Of a stretch of DNA of 64,000 bases, positions 49,477 through 58,045 are shown piece after piece. The position numbers and the translations under genes are program-made. Numbering within the stretch: the stretch's first letter is position 1; the number at the start of each line of letters is the position of its first letter. This stretch comes from a candidate division FCPU426 bacterium (GTDB lineage: Bacteria > Oederibacteriota > Muellerivitia > Muellerivitales > Muellerivitaceae). The notes beneath the pieces were generated by a model. The model made no database searches and was not told the DNA's origin. It saw nothing but the letters and a program-made list of their open reading frames with translations. The stretch covers positions 128,001-192,000 of the forward strand of contig CAVRAL010000001.1 of NCBI GenBank assembly GCA_963719085.1, written 5' to 3'.

Positions 49477-50396
49477 TCTTGCGCCCCGATCAGACGCTTG
49501 TAGGTAAGCCGCTTGCCAATGGAAGAATCAAGAAGACTGGCTAAACGTTCCATGCTAGTCCTGGTAACGTTGCCGTCGCTAAGACGAAATGCAAATTCAT
49601 TTACGTATCGAGAAAGGTGTTTCTTGGAGGCGTGGTGATAGACTCCATTCAAACCACGCTTCATAACTGCCCAAACGCTTTCAATTCCGTTGGTAGTTAC
49701 GTCGCCACGAACATACTCTTCTTTTTCGTGATTGATTTTCTCAATCGTGTATTGGCTCTTGAGATATTTGTATCCTGGGAATTGATCGGTATTCAAAATT
49801 GAACCCGCTTCAATATTTTTGGTAATGGTTTCAAATCGTTCTTTGGCGTTGATTTCATCAACCACTACGCCTTTAGTACGGCCTTTGCGTTCCCGCATTC
49901 CAACAACAATTGTTTTTCCGATAGAACCACCACCATGAATCCTTTTACTTTGATGCTTGTTTGCTTCAAGGCCACCAACATAAGTTTCATCAATCTCAAC
50001 AGTGCCACTTAAAAGTAGGGAAGGATCACCAGCACATGCTTCTCTAATACGACTCAAAAGAAACCAAGCCGTTGTTTGAGTGACTCCGATTTCTTTAGAC
50101 AGTTGCATTGATGAAACGCCTTTCCTTGAAGTCACTAGGAGGTACATTGCAAACAACCATTTATTTAATGGAACGTGAGACCGCTCAAAGAGGGTGCCAG
50201 TTCTCACAGTGAAATCAACCAAACAGGCATTACAGTGGTAGTAGCCACGCTTACGGATGCCAATGCGTTTAGTCTCCGAACAGCACGGGCAAATAGGTCC
50301 ATTTGGCCATCTGCGGGCCTCAATATGCTTCCTCGCTGCCTCTTCGTCTGGAAACATCTCCATAAGCTTGTAAGCGCTAATCGCTGTGTTTTTCAT
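49473..50396 (-). CDS. IS1595-family (ISXO2-like DDE) transposase
   Basis: RWP.G..CP.C...C..C zinc ribbon; TVRTGT.FE.S; HTH SSMQLSKEIGVTQ.TAW; VEIDETYVGG, TD, TTNGIESVW, Y..EF.FR; AGGAG SD. Confidence 0.95.
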   Translation of the reverse strand: MKNTAISAYKLMEMFPDEEAARKHIEARRWPNGPICPCCSETKRIGIRKRGYYHCNACLVDFTVRTGTLFERSHVPLNKWLFAMYLLVTSRKGVSSMQLSKEIGVTQTTAWFLLSRIREACAGDPSLLLSGTVEIDETYVGGLEANKHQSKRIHGGGSIGKTIVVGMRERKGRTKGVVVDEINAKERFETITKNIEAGSILNTDQFPGYKYLKSQYTIEKINHEKEEYVRGDVTTNGIESVWAVMKRGLNGVYHHASKKHLSRYVNEFAFRLSDGNVTRTSMERLASLLDSSIGKRLTYKRLIGAQE

Positions 50397-50653
50397 ATCT
50401 TCTCCTAGCTAAGTCATTAAAATCATTGTGGCGGTCCGGAGCTTTATTAACGGTTCTGGTGACGTTAATAAGTGCCAATCCGATGACGGACTAAAGACCC
50501 CGAGGAAAGGCCCTCCGCAACCGCCACAATCATTCCCCGACTTCGATAAATGCCTTCCAAATGCCTCTAAAAACCCTAAAAATTTGGCCTTAATCCGGCT
50601 CCAAAACCCGCTCAAATTAGGGAGTTAACTGGGTTATTCCCCTATTTCTGTTC

Positions 50654-50681
50654 TTGACAGGTCCATTAAAAACCATATAAT
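50654..50681 (+). promoter_or_regulatory. rplM-rpsI promoter
   Basis: TTGACA-16 bp-TATAAT. Confidence 0.8.
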
Positions 50682-50724
50682 TCAGGCCCTTGTATCTCTA
50701 TTAGACAGAAACGAAGGTAATGCT

Positions 50725-51174
50725 ATGACGCTTCAAAAGACTTATCTCCCCACCGTCAAGGACATCAACCGTAAATGGTGGCTTGTCGACGCGAAGGATC
50801 AGGTGCTGGGCCGTTTAATTTCCCGTGTGGCCGCCGTGTTGCGTGGAAAGCACAAAACGACCTTTACGCCGCATTTGGAAAACGGTGATCATGTGGTGAT
50901 CATCAACGCCGACAAGATCGTGCTCACGGGACGCAAGTGGGAAACCAAATCCCATCACCGCACCTCGGGCCGTCCGGGCGGATTGTCCACCGAAACCTAC
51001 AAGGTGCTTCGCACCTCGAAGCCTGAGCGCATTTTGGAATACGCCATCAAGGGCATGCTGCCCAAGACCTCCCAGGGGGCGAAGATGTTCACCCGGGTTA
51101 AGATTTACGCGGGCGAAACCCATCCCCACGAAAGCCAAGTTCCGCAAGTTCTCGATTTCGCATCTAAAAAGTAA
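50725..51174 (+). CDS. rplM: 50S ribosomal protein L13
   Basis: W.LVDA...LGRL...A..LRGKHK.FTPH, GMLPK, HPH..Q. Confidence 0.97.
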   Translation: MTLQKTYLPTVKDINRKWWLVDAKDQVLGRLISRVAAVLRGKHKTTFTPHLENGDHVVIINADKIVLTGRKWETKSHHRTSGRPGGLSTETYKVLRTSKPERILEYAIKGMLPKTSQGAKMFTRVKIYAGETHPHESQVPQVLDFASKK

Positions 51175-51187
51175 GGAGACTTAACCA

Positions 51188-51583
51188 GTGCCAGCCGCTA
51201 AGGAACAATTTATCGCCACGGGCCGCCGGAAAACTTCCGTCGCCCGAGTTACGTTGAAACCCGGAAAGGGCCAATTCGTGGTCAACGGATTGCCGGTGGA
51301 AAAGTTTTTCCCCGACCAGAAACAAGCGGTTCTTCGCTCTCCTTTGGAGACGGTGACGGCTTTGAACAAATATGATGTGTTCGTCAACGTGAACGGCGGC
51401 GGCGTGACGGGTCAAGCCGAAGCCATCCGCCACGGCATCGCGCGGGCCTTGTTGAAAATTGACTCCGAGATGCGCAAGCCCTTGAAGGTGGCCGGGATGC
51501 TCACCCGCGATCCCCGCATGGTGGAACGCAAAAAGTACGGGCGCAAGAAGGCCCGCCGCCGCTTCCAATTCTCGAAGCGTTAA
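51188..51583 (+). CDS. rpsI: 30S ribosomal protein S9
   Basis: [47 protein letters not shown]. Confidence 0.98.
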   Translation: MPAAKEQFIATGRRKTSVARVTLKPGKGQFVVNGLPVEKFFPDQKQAVLRSPLETVTALNKYDVFVNVNGGGVTGQAEAIRHGIARALLKIDSEMRKPLKVAGMLTRDPRMVERKKYGRKKARRRFQFSKR

Positions 51584-51598
51584 TTCGAAAAGCTTTCC

Positions 51599-51632
51599 AA
51601 TCCCATCTCCCGCAAGGGGGGTGGGATTTTTT
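51599..51632 (+). terminator. terminator after rpsI
   Basis: AATCCCATCTCC-CGCAA-GGGGGTGGGATT plus T-run. Confidence 0.7.
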
Positions 51633-51658
51633 GTTTCTAGGCGTTTCCGACAATCTTG

Positions 51659-51732
51659 AAACACGGAGTGGCACAGAGTTTCTCAGAGTAAGACTCTCAA
51701 GAGTTTGACTTTAACTCTGTTCATTCTGTGTT
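51659..51732. repeat. REP-like inverted repeat, CAGAG/CGGAG family (copy B2)
   Basis: AAACACGGAGTGGCACAGAGTTTCTCAGAG ... AACTCTGTTCATTCTGTGTT. Confidence 0.65.
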
Positions 51733-51746
51733 GAAAAGGATTTGGT

Positions 51747-52184
51747 TTGACCCACAAGCCTCAACAAACCCCCAAGCTGGCAGTGAACGCGTTGGTCTTC
51801 AACAGCCAAGGGGAAGTGCTTTTGGCCAAGCGGACGGACAACGGCCTTTGGTGCATTCCGGGCGGCCACGTGGACCTGGGCGAGACTTTGGCGCAGGCTT
51901 GCGTCCGGGAATTGTTCGAGGAAACCGGGTTGAAGGCGGACGTGGTCCGCTTGGTCGGCGTCTATTCGGATCCACAAAACTCCCTGCATATCGCCCAGGG
52001 GCCCGAATGGCATACGGTGCGGGTATCCTTTTTGTGCGAGATTACCGGTGGTACAATAACTTCCAGCGATGAAACCAGCGAGATCCGGTATTTCTCCACG
52101 GGGAAATTGCCGCCTCTCATTACCGATCACGCTTTGCGGATTCAGGACGGCCTTCAAGCCAAGTCCGCGGCTGTCATCGGTTGA
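51747..52184 (+). CDS. NUDIX hydrolase
   Basis: PGG.V..GET...A.VRELFEETGL NUDIX box. Confidence 0.9.
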   Translation: MTHKPQQTPKLAVNALVFNSQGEVLLAKRTDNGLWCIPGGHVDLGETLAQACVRELFEETGLKADVVRLVGVYSDPQNSLHIAQGPEWHTVRVSFLCEITGGTITSSDETSEIRYFSTGKLPPLITDHALRIQDGLQAKSAAVIG

Positions 52185-52232
52185 AAAACTAGTTTTTAAA
52201 TTTGAATCATTTAATAACCTGTGAGGCTCCCC

Positions 52233-53000
52233 ATGCCAATTCGACGCAAAGTAAAAGCCAAAGCCAAATCGAAAAAAGAGCACCGTAAGGGCTCCCGTGA
52301 TTTCACGAAAGTGAAGGGACCGGCCAATAACAACCCCTTTATCGCCAATGAATTCCGCGAGCACGATGAGAACAATACCTGGCGGATGTTCAAAATCATG
52401 TCGGAGTTCGTGGAAGGATTTGAGAATCTCCGCGATATCCGGCCCGCGGTGACTATTTTCGGCTCCGCCCGCACCCATGCGGAGCACCCGGACTACGAAT
52501 TGACCCGAAAAATCGCCTTCGGTCTTTCCAAAAAAGGATATTCCATCCTCACGGGCGGGGGGCCCGGCATGATGGAAGCGGCCAATTTGGGCGCTTATGA
52601 AGCCGGTGGAAAATCCGTAGGTTGTAATATTGAGCTTCCCTTTGAGCAAAAGGTGAATCCTTATGTGAACCTGCCGGTGAGCTTTCATTATTTTTTCATC
52701 CGCAAGGTGATGTTTCTTCGCTATACCTCGGCGGTCGTGGTGATGCCGGGGGGATTCGGCACCTTGGACGAGATGTTTGAGACCTTGACCCTGATCCAGA
52801 CCCGTAAAATCGATCCTTTTCCCGTCATTCTGGTGGACCGGGCTTACTGGCAAAAAGGCCTGGACTGGATCCGGGAAACCATCATGCGGGAGCATGAATA
52901 TATCGACCGTCACGATATGGACCTGTTTGAACTGGCGGATACCCACGAGGAAGTCATTGAAATCATCACCCGGTATTACCGCAACCACAAAAAAGCCTAA
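52233..53000 (+). CDS. LOG-family (TIGR00730-like) nucleotide phosphoribohydrolase
   Basis: FGSAR, TGGGPG.MEAAN.GA, ELPFEQ, F.RK..F, PGGFGTLDE. Confidence 0.9.
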   Translation: MPIRRKVKAKAKSKKEHRKGSRDFTKVKGPANNNPFIANEFREHDENNTWRMFKIMSEFVEGFENLRDIRPAVTIFGSARTHAEHPDYELTRKIAFGLSKKGYSILTGGGPGMMEAANLGAYEAGGKSVGCNIELPFEQKVNPYVNLPVSFHYFFIRKVMFLRYTSAVVVMPGGFGTLDEMFETLTLIQTRKIDPFPVILVDRAYWQKGLDWIRETIMREHEYIDRHDMDLFELADTHEEVIEIITRYYRNHKKA

Positions 53001-53006
53001 AGAACG

Positions 53007-55184
53007 ATGAAATGCTCCGGATGGCTGGCCTTCAGTTTGCTTTGGGGCCTGGGGCTCGCGCCGGCTTGGGGCGGGGTGAGTTTTCTTGATCTGTCGGCCG
53101 CGGCCAACCGCGGTCCCGGGGATTCTTTCGACAATTCTTTTCCGGGGGCCGAGGACAGCGTTCAAAAAAACGGTTTGGCCGAATTTCCCTCCGGTCCCCA
53201 GACTTTTCGCGGAGTGCCTTTCAGGCTGATGGATCCGGCGAAAAACCAAGGCCGGTCCTTCGTCGCCCTGAAGGGGAGGGAGCGGCCTGATTTTCCCGAA
53301 GCGGTGACCCTGCAGGGCCCGGGCGGCGGAATCTCGAACCTTTATTTTCTGCAGACCTGCCACTGGGGTGGAACTTCCGACAAAATCGCCGTGGCCCAAT
53401 ATGAAATCCTGTACGACGACGGCCAAAACCAAGTGGTGCCTTTAAGGGTGGGCCGGGAATTCACGAATTTTTGGGGCGCGGACGACACCGCTGAAAGTGT
53501 TTTGGCCTGGTGGTACCGCTATAAAAATTCCACGATGGGCATGAACCTTTTCACCTGGAAAAACCCAAGGCCGGAGAAATCCATCCGAAGCGTTATTTTT
53601 AAGTCCCTGTCGAAGATGCCGGTCCCGCTTTTATTCGCCGTAACCGCCTCGGATAAAGAAATTCCCATCTCAACCGTCTCACCAAAGCCTGAGGAAACAT
53701 CAGTCACTGATATGAAAGGGTGGATTCCTTTAGTCCATTCGGACGATCCGGAGGCCCCGGCTTTGGATTTGAGTTACCTATTGGACGCGCCCGCCGGGAA
53801 ACACGGCGCCGTGGCGGCGAAGGGAACTTCATTGGTATTCGCCGACGGAACTCCCGCCCGCTTTTGGGGAACGCGGCTTTCAATGGATTTGCTTTCGATG
53901 GATTCTAACGGACTTGAAAAAACGGCGGATTTTCTGGCTTCACAAGGTTTTAATTTAGTCGTTTTGGATTCCACTCGCATAGGAGTCGAGGTATCAACCG
54001 AATTTACGCCCCGGACCCCGGAGTTGAGTTCGAAGGCCTTGCGGGATTTTTTTTCGGCATTGAAGGAAAAGGGGATTTATTTTTGTATTCCGGGATTGTC
54101 TTGGAAAGAGCCGCGGGACACGCCGACACCGACGGTTATCTCGTTTGATTTTTGGAAGGACCCGGCTTTGATCTCCGGCGATCTTTTTCAAACCATTTCG
54201 GCTTCGTGGAATCCGGTTGCTCCCGGCGCGCAGACCCCTTTTCCGATTCAGGCGGACCCGCAACTTATGCAACCGGGGACTTCTTTGCCGGAACAATTGA
54301 TTCAACAACGGCAGTTTGAAAATCCTGTTTTCGCTTTTTGGGAATCCAACTGGCCCCAAAGCTATTTGACGGAAGTACCCCTTCTGATGTCCACGGCGGC
54401 CGCTTTCCAGGGTTGGGCAGGTTGCGTGGGGGAAGAAGTTGGGATTGGTGAGCCGGCACAGGTGATGGTTCCGGGAATGGATATTGCCTCAAATCCACTT
54501 CTCTATATTCAGGGACCATCAATGGCTTTGGCCTATTTGCGGGGCGATTTAAAACCTGGGAGAATCTACGCCCTGCCAACGACGACTGACACGCCATCGC
54601 CTGATCTTTTGTTGACCGCCTTGGCCCACCAATCGGGGCAGGGAGCCCTTAAGACCGATATTTTGGGGACCACCAAGTCCAAAATCAAAGTTCCTTTGAA
54701 GTCGTTTATTTCCGACAGCGGACAAATCAACTGGCAGGGGAACATCGGTCTTTTTCAAGTGGACTCGCCCCGCTTCCAGGCCGTGGCGGGTTTTTTAAGC
54801 CACCGGCAATTGAAATCAAATATTTGGCAAGTGGAGAGCGCCAATTGGTTTGGCGTGATCTCGCTCATTTCATTGACCAACCAAGCCATCCAGACTTCCA
54901 ATCATCTTCTTTTAACCGGCACCACCCGCATGGAAAACAGCGGTATGGTTTATAACGCGGATCAAACCAAAGTCCTTTCGCTAGGCCAAGCCCCGGTGCT
55001 GATGGAGCCCTTAGAAGCCAAGCTTTTGATCGCCCATTCGGGCAAGGATTTGTCCCTCAAGATAAGAGCGCTGGATTCGGACCGAAAACCCCTTAAAACT
55101 ATTGTGCCTTATCACTGGGCTGGTAATTATTTGGCTATTTCCTGGGTTCCGGAAGCCAGCTATCTCGAAATCTACAAAAAGTAG
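53007..55184 (+). CDS. secreted glycoside-hydrolase-like protein, apparently degenerate
   Basis: Signal peptide; N-terminal beta-rich domain (GVPF.L, W.NP.P); DLSYLLDAPAGKHG...DG.PARFWG; C-terminal SD.GQI.W...P.L.EP. Confidence 0.6.
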   Translation: MKCSGWLAFSLLWGLGLAPAWGGVSFLDLSAAANRGPGDSFDNSFPGAEDSVQKNGLAEFPSGPQTFRGVPFRLMDPAKNQGRSFVALKGRERPDFPEAVTLQGPGGGISNLYFLQTCHWGGTSDKIAVAQYEILYDDGQNQVVPLRVGREFTNFWGADDTAESVLAWWYRYKNSTMGMNLFTWKNPRPEKSIRSVIFKSLSKMPVPLLFAVTASDKEIPISTVSPKPEETSVTDMKGWIPLVHSDDPEAPALDLSYLLDAPAGKHGAVAAKGTSLVFADGTPARFWGTRLSMDLLSMDSNGLEKTADFLASQGFNLVVLDSTRIGVEVSTEFTPRTPELSSKALRDFFSALKEKGIYFCIPGLSWKEPRDTPTPTVISFDFWKDPALISGDLFQTISASWNPVAPGAQTPFPIQADPQLMQPGTSLPEQLIQQRQFENPVFAFWESNWPQSYLTEVPLLMSTAAAFQGWAGCVGEEVGIGEPAQVMVPGMDIASNPLLYIQGPSMALAYLRGDLKPGRIYALPTTTDTPSPDLLLTALAHQSGQGALKTDILGTTKSKIKVPLKSFISDSGQINWQGNIGLFQVDSPRFQAVAGFLSHRQLKSNIWQVESANWFGVISLISLTNQAIQTSNHLLLTGTTRMENSGMVYNADQTKVLSLGQAPVLMEPLEAKLLIAHSGKDLSLKIRALDSDRKPLKTIVPYHWAGNYLAISWVPEASYLEIYKK

Positions 55185-55318
55185 TCTTTTTCCGAAAATA
55201 GGCAAAAAGACCTTGGTTACACTTTTTATGTATTTTATGTTCATAAACAGGGCTAAAATTTACGTACTTAGGTGGTATGGCCTTCCGTTGGCTTAAAATT
55301 GTTTTAAGGTGAAACCGA

Positions 55319-55684
55319 ATGGCTCAAGACGCCCAAAAGTCCACTGGTGATGAGCGGCGAAAGCACAAAAGAGTCGAATTCAAGGAATCCGTGGTGGTTC
55401 ATCCGGTTCTTGAGTCCAAATCTGGAAATGTTTATGAGGTGGGCGAAAGTTCGCTGATGGTCAAGTCGGTGGACGTGAGTGAAGGCGGTTTGCGGCTGCT
55501 TCTTTCCGAGCCCGTTTCCGCCGGTAAAATTTTAAAAGTCAATTTCCAATCCCCCAAAAGTAAAATGAGCGACATTTACACCAAAATCGCCTGGGCCAAC
55601 GGCGCGCTTTGTGGTTTACAATTTATCGTGTTGGATGAGCCCACCCGCCAATTTATCCGCAATTACGTCGAAAAAAGTTTTTAA
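55319..55684 (+). CDS. PilZ-domain protein
   Basis: ERRKHKR (RxxxR), DVSEGG (DxSxxG), GLQF. Confidence 0.88.
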   Translation: MAQDAQKSTGDERRKHKRVEFKESVVVHPVLESKSGNVYEVGESSLMVKSVDVSEGGLRLLLSEPVSAGKILKVNFQSPKSKMSDIYTKIAWANGALCGLQFIVLDEPTRQFIRNYVEKSF

Positions 55685-55738
55685 GCCGCCCGCAAGATGT
55701 TCCTGGAATTTGAAGCTCATTTATAAGAAAATCCCCCG

Positions 55739-55775
55739 TCCCATCCACCTTCGGCTGGATGGGATTTTTGTTTTT
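55739..55775 (+). terminator. terminator-like hairpin after PilZ gene
   Basis: TCCCATCCA...TGGATGGGA plus T-run. Confidence 0.55.
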
Positions 55776-55829
55776 AAGAGATCGCCTCCGGTTGACGGCG
55801 GCCCGCTACCACCTTAACTTTGGGACATC

Positions 55830-58028
55830 ATGACCAGCCCTTACGCCAATTTAAACGAGGAACAACGGGAAGCCGTCCTGCATGACAAGGGACCGGCGCT
55901 CATTTTGGCGGGAGCGGGTTCGGGCAAGACCCGGGTCGTGACCTTTCGGATTACGCGGCTCATCCAGGAAAAAAAAGTCCCGCCGTCCCGCATCATGGCC
56001 GTCACTTTCACCAATAAGGCCGCCCAGGAAATGCGCGGCCGCATCGTCGCCCTCGTGGGCCGCTCGGGCGCCCAGGGCATCTTCATGGGCACCTTCCATT
56101 CCTTTTGCCTGCAGATGCTCAAGATCCACGGCGAGAAGCTGGGCTACCGCTCGGGTTTTACCATTTACGACGACTCGGACCAGAAGTCCCTCATCAAGGA
56201 ATGCCTATGGGATTTGAAGTGGGACGAGAAGCAGGTGCATCCCCAGGCGGTTCATTCCTATATCAGCGCCGCCAAGAATGAGTTGAAGAACCCCAAGGAA
56301 TATGAGGAAATGGCCGCGGGCATTTTTATGGAAAAAGTCGCCCAGATTTATCCCCGTTACCAAACCAAGCTTAAGCAAAACAACGCCATGGATTTTGATG
56401 ATCTTTTGTTCAACGCGGTGATCCTGCTCAAACAATATCCGGAGGTTTTGGAAAGTTACCGCCAGCGCTTCGATTACGTGATGGTGGACGAGTACCAAGA
56501 CATCAATACGACCCAGTACCAATTGGTGTCGGCCATCAGCCATCCCTTGAACAACCTCTATGTGGTCGGGGATCCGGACCAGTCGATTTATGGCTGGCGG
56601 GGGGCCGATATCCGCAACATCCTGCGATTTGAGAATGATTTCCCGGGCGCGCGGGTCTTCAAGCTCCAGCAAAACTACCGCTCCACTAAGTCCATCATCC
56701 AGACGGCCCAATCGGTCATCCGCAACAACTCCCAGCGCAAAGAAAAAGAGCTTTTTTCCCTTAGGGAAATGGGGGAGTCCGTCACCTATTACCAAGCCGA
56801 GGATGACAAGGACGAGGCTGAGTTTGTCATGAAGACCCTTTACCAGCGCCTGGGCGAACCCGGCCGCAAATACCGGCACGTGGCCATTCTTTACCGCACC
56901 AACGCCCAATCCCGGGTGCTGGAAGACGCCTGCCGCCGCAACAACATTCCCTATGTCATCGTGGGGGGGCTCAAGTTCTATGACCGCAAGGAAGTGAAGG
57001 ATCTTTTGGCTTATCTGCATGTATTGGCGAACCCGCAGGATTCGGTGTCGCTTCGGCGCATGATCAACGTGCCCATCCGGGGCATCGGCAGCGGGACCGT
57101 GGAAAAACTGGAAATGAGCGCCAAACAGCAGGACATCACCCTTTTAGACTCCGCCCGGCAGGCGGCGGCGACGGGGGATTTCGGCAAAAAAATCACCCAG
57201 GCCCTGGGATCTTTCGTCTTGATGATGGATGAATTGGTGGCGCAGAAACTTCTCGCGAAACCCTCGGATTTTGTGAGGACGGTTTTGGAAAGATCCGGTT
57301 ATCTCACCGAACTCGCCCACGACGACACACCGGAGTCCAAGATGCGGGCGGAAAACTTGAAGGAATTGGTCAACTCGGTCGCCGATTATGAACAGAGCGC
57401 CGAAAATCCGACTTTGGAGGGCTACCTGGACCAAGTGTCGCTGGTGGCGGATGTGGACAAGCTGGATGACGACAAAAATTCCGTCACGCTCATGACCATG
57501 CATAACGCCAAAGGTTTGGAATTTCCGATTGTGTTCATGACGGGTTTGGAAGAGGGGCTTTTTCCCCACAACAATTCCATCGAGTCGGATGACGAGGTGC
57601 AGGAAGAACGGCGCCTTTGTTACGTGGGCATGACCCGGGCCATGGATCTTCTTTACATGACCGGCGCGGCCTGCCGCTATGTTTACGGAACGGCTCAATG
57701 GCGGGCGCCCTCGCGGTTCCTGGCCGAGATCCCGAAGGACATGCTTCAAGTCACCGGCAAGGCCGCCACCCTGGTGGCGACCCAAGCGGGCCTTTACCAG
57801 GTCGCCAATACGAAAAAAGAATTTGATGAGTTGAAAGATCCCGAATGGGACGAGGAAGGCGTGGTGCCTTTTCTTTTGGGGGATACGGTCAAACACAAAG
57901 CTTTCGGGAAGGGAATGGTCATCGCCCTGTCAGGTTCGGGGGATAATTTAAAGGTCACAGTTTCTTTCCCCAACCACGGCAAAAAACAGCTTATCGCCAA
58001 GATGGCGAATTTGGAAAAGGTGGAGTAA
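55830..58028 (+). CDS. pcrA: UvrD/PcrA ATP-dependent DNA helicase
   Basis: AGAGSGKT, TFTNKAA, VDEYQD, GDPDQSIY.WRGA, NYRS, KGLEF, EERRLCYVGMTRA, C-terminal Tudor-like tail. Confidence 0.93.
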   Translation: MTSPYANLNEEQREAVLHDKGPALILAGAGSGKTRVVTFRITRLIQEKKVPPSRIMAVTFTNKAAQEMRGRIVALVGRSGAQGIFMGTFHSFCLQMLKIHGEKLGYRSGFTIYDDSDQKSLIKECLWDLKWDEKQVHPQAVHSYISAAKNELKNPKEYEEMAAGIFMEKVAQIYPRYQTKLKQNNAMDFDDLLFNAVILLKQYPEVLESYRQRFDYVMVDEYQDINTTQYQLVSAISHPLNNLYVVGDPDQSIYGWRGADIRNILRFENDFPGARVFKLQQNYRSTKSIIQTAQSVIRNNSQRKEKELFSLREMGESVTYYQAEDDKDEAEFVMKTLYQRLGEPGRKYRHVAILYRTNAQSRVLEDACRRNNIPYVIVGGLKFYDRKEVKDLLAYLHVLANPQDSVSLRRMINVPIRGIGSGTVEKLEMSAKQQDITLLDSARQAAATGDFGKKITQALGSFVLMMDELVAQKLLAKPSDFVRTVLERSGYLTELAHDDTPESKMRAENLKELVNSVADYEQSAENPTLEGYLDQVSLVADVDKLDDDKNSVTLMTMHNAKGLEFPIVFMTGLEEGLFPHNNSIESDDEVQEERRLCYVGMTRAMDLLYMTGAACRYVYGTAQWRAPSRFLAEIPKDMLQVTGKAATLVATQAGLYQVANTKKEFDELKDPEWDEEGVVPFLLGDTVKHKAFGKGMVIALSGSGDNLKVTVSFPNHGKKQLIAKMANLEKVE

Positions 58029-58045
58029 GTCGGGGTTTCGCGAAC

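Larger units (their letters stand above)
46837..50641 (-). mobile_element. IS1595-family transposon with passenger genes (3805 bp)
   Basis: Terminal IRs GGGATTTACCCAGTTAACTCCCTAAAT (46837-46863) and AATTAGGGAGTTAACTGGGTTATTCCC (50615-50641), 24/27 match; 8-bp direct repeat CTATTTCT at 46829-46836 and 50642-50649; visibly AT-richer than the flanks. Confidence 0.93.

Noticed and set aside
50409..50628. ORFs of 68 aa (-) and 66 aa (+) in the transposon end
   Set aside because: They overlap the terminal IR and the stem structure, lack an SD, and have no recognisable protein features.
51711..53432. 573-aa minus-strand ORF, and similar long antisense ORFs over ilvB, ilvC, leuA, asd and pcrA
   Set aside because: Shadow ORFs opposite well-supported genes, as expected from GC3-rich codon usage.
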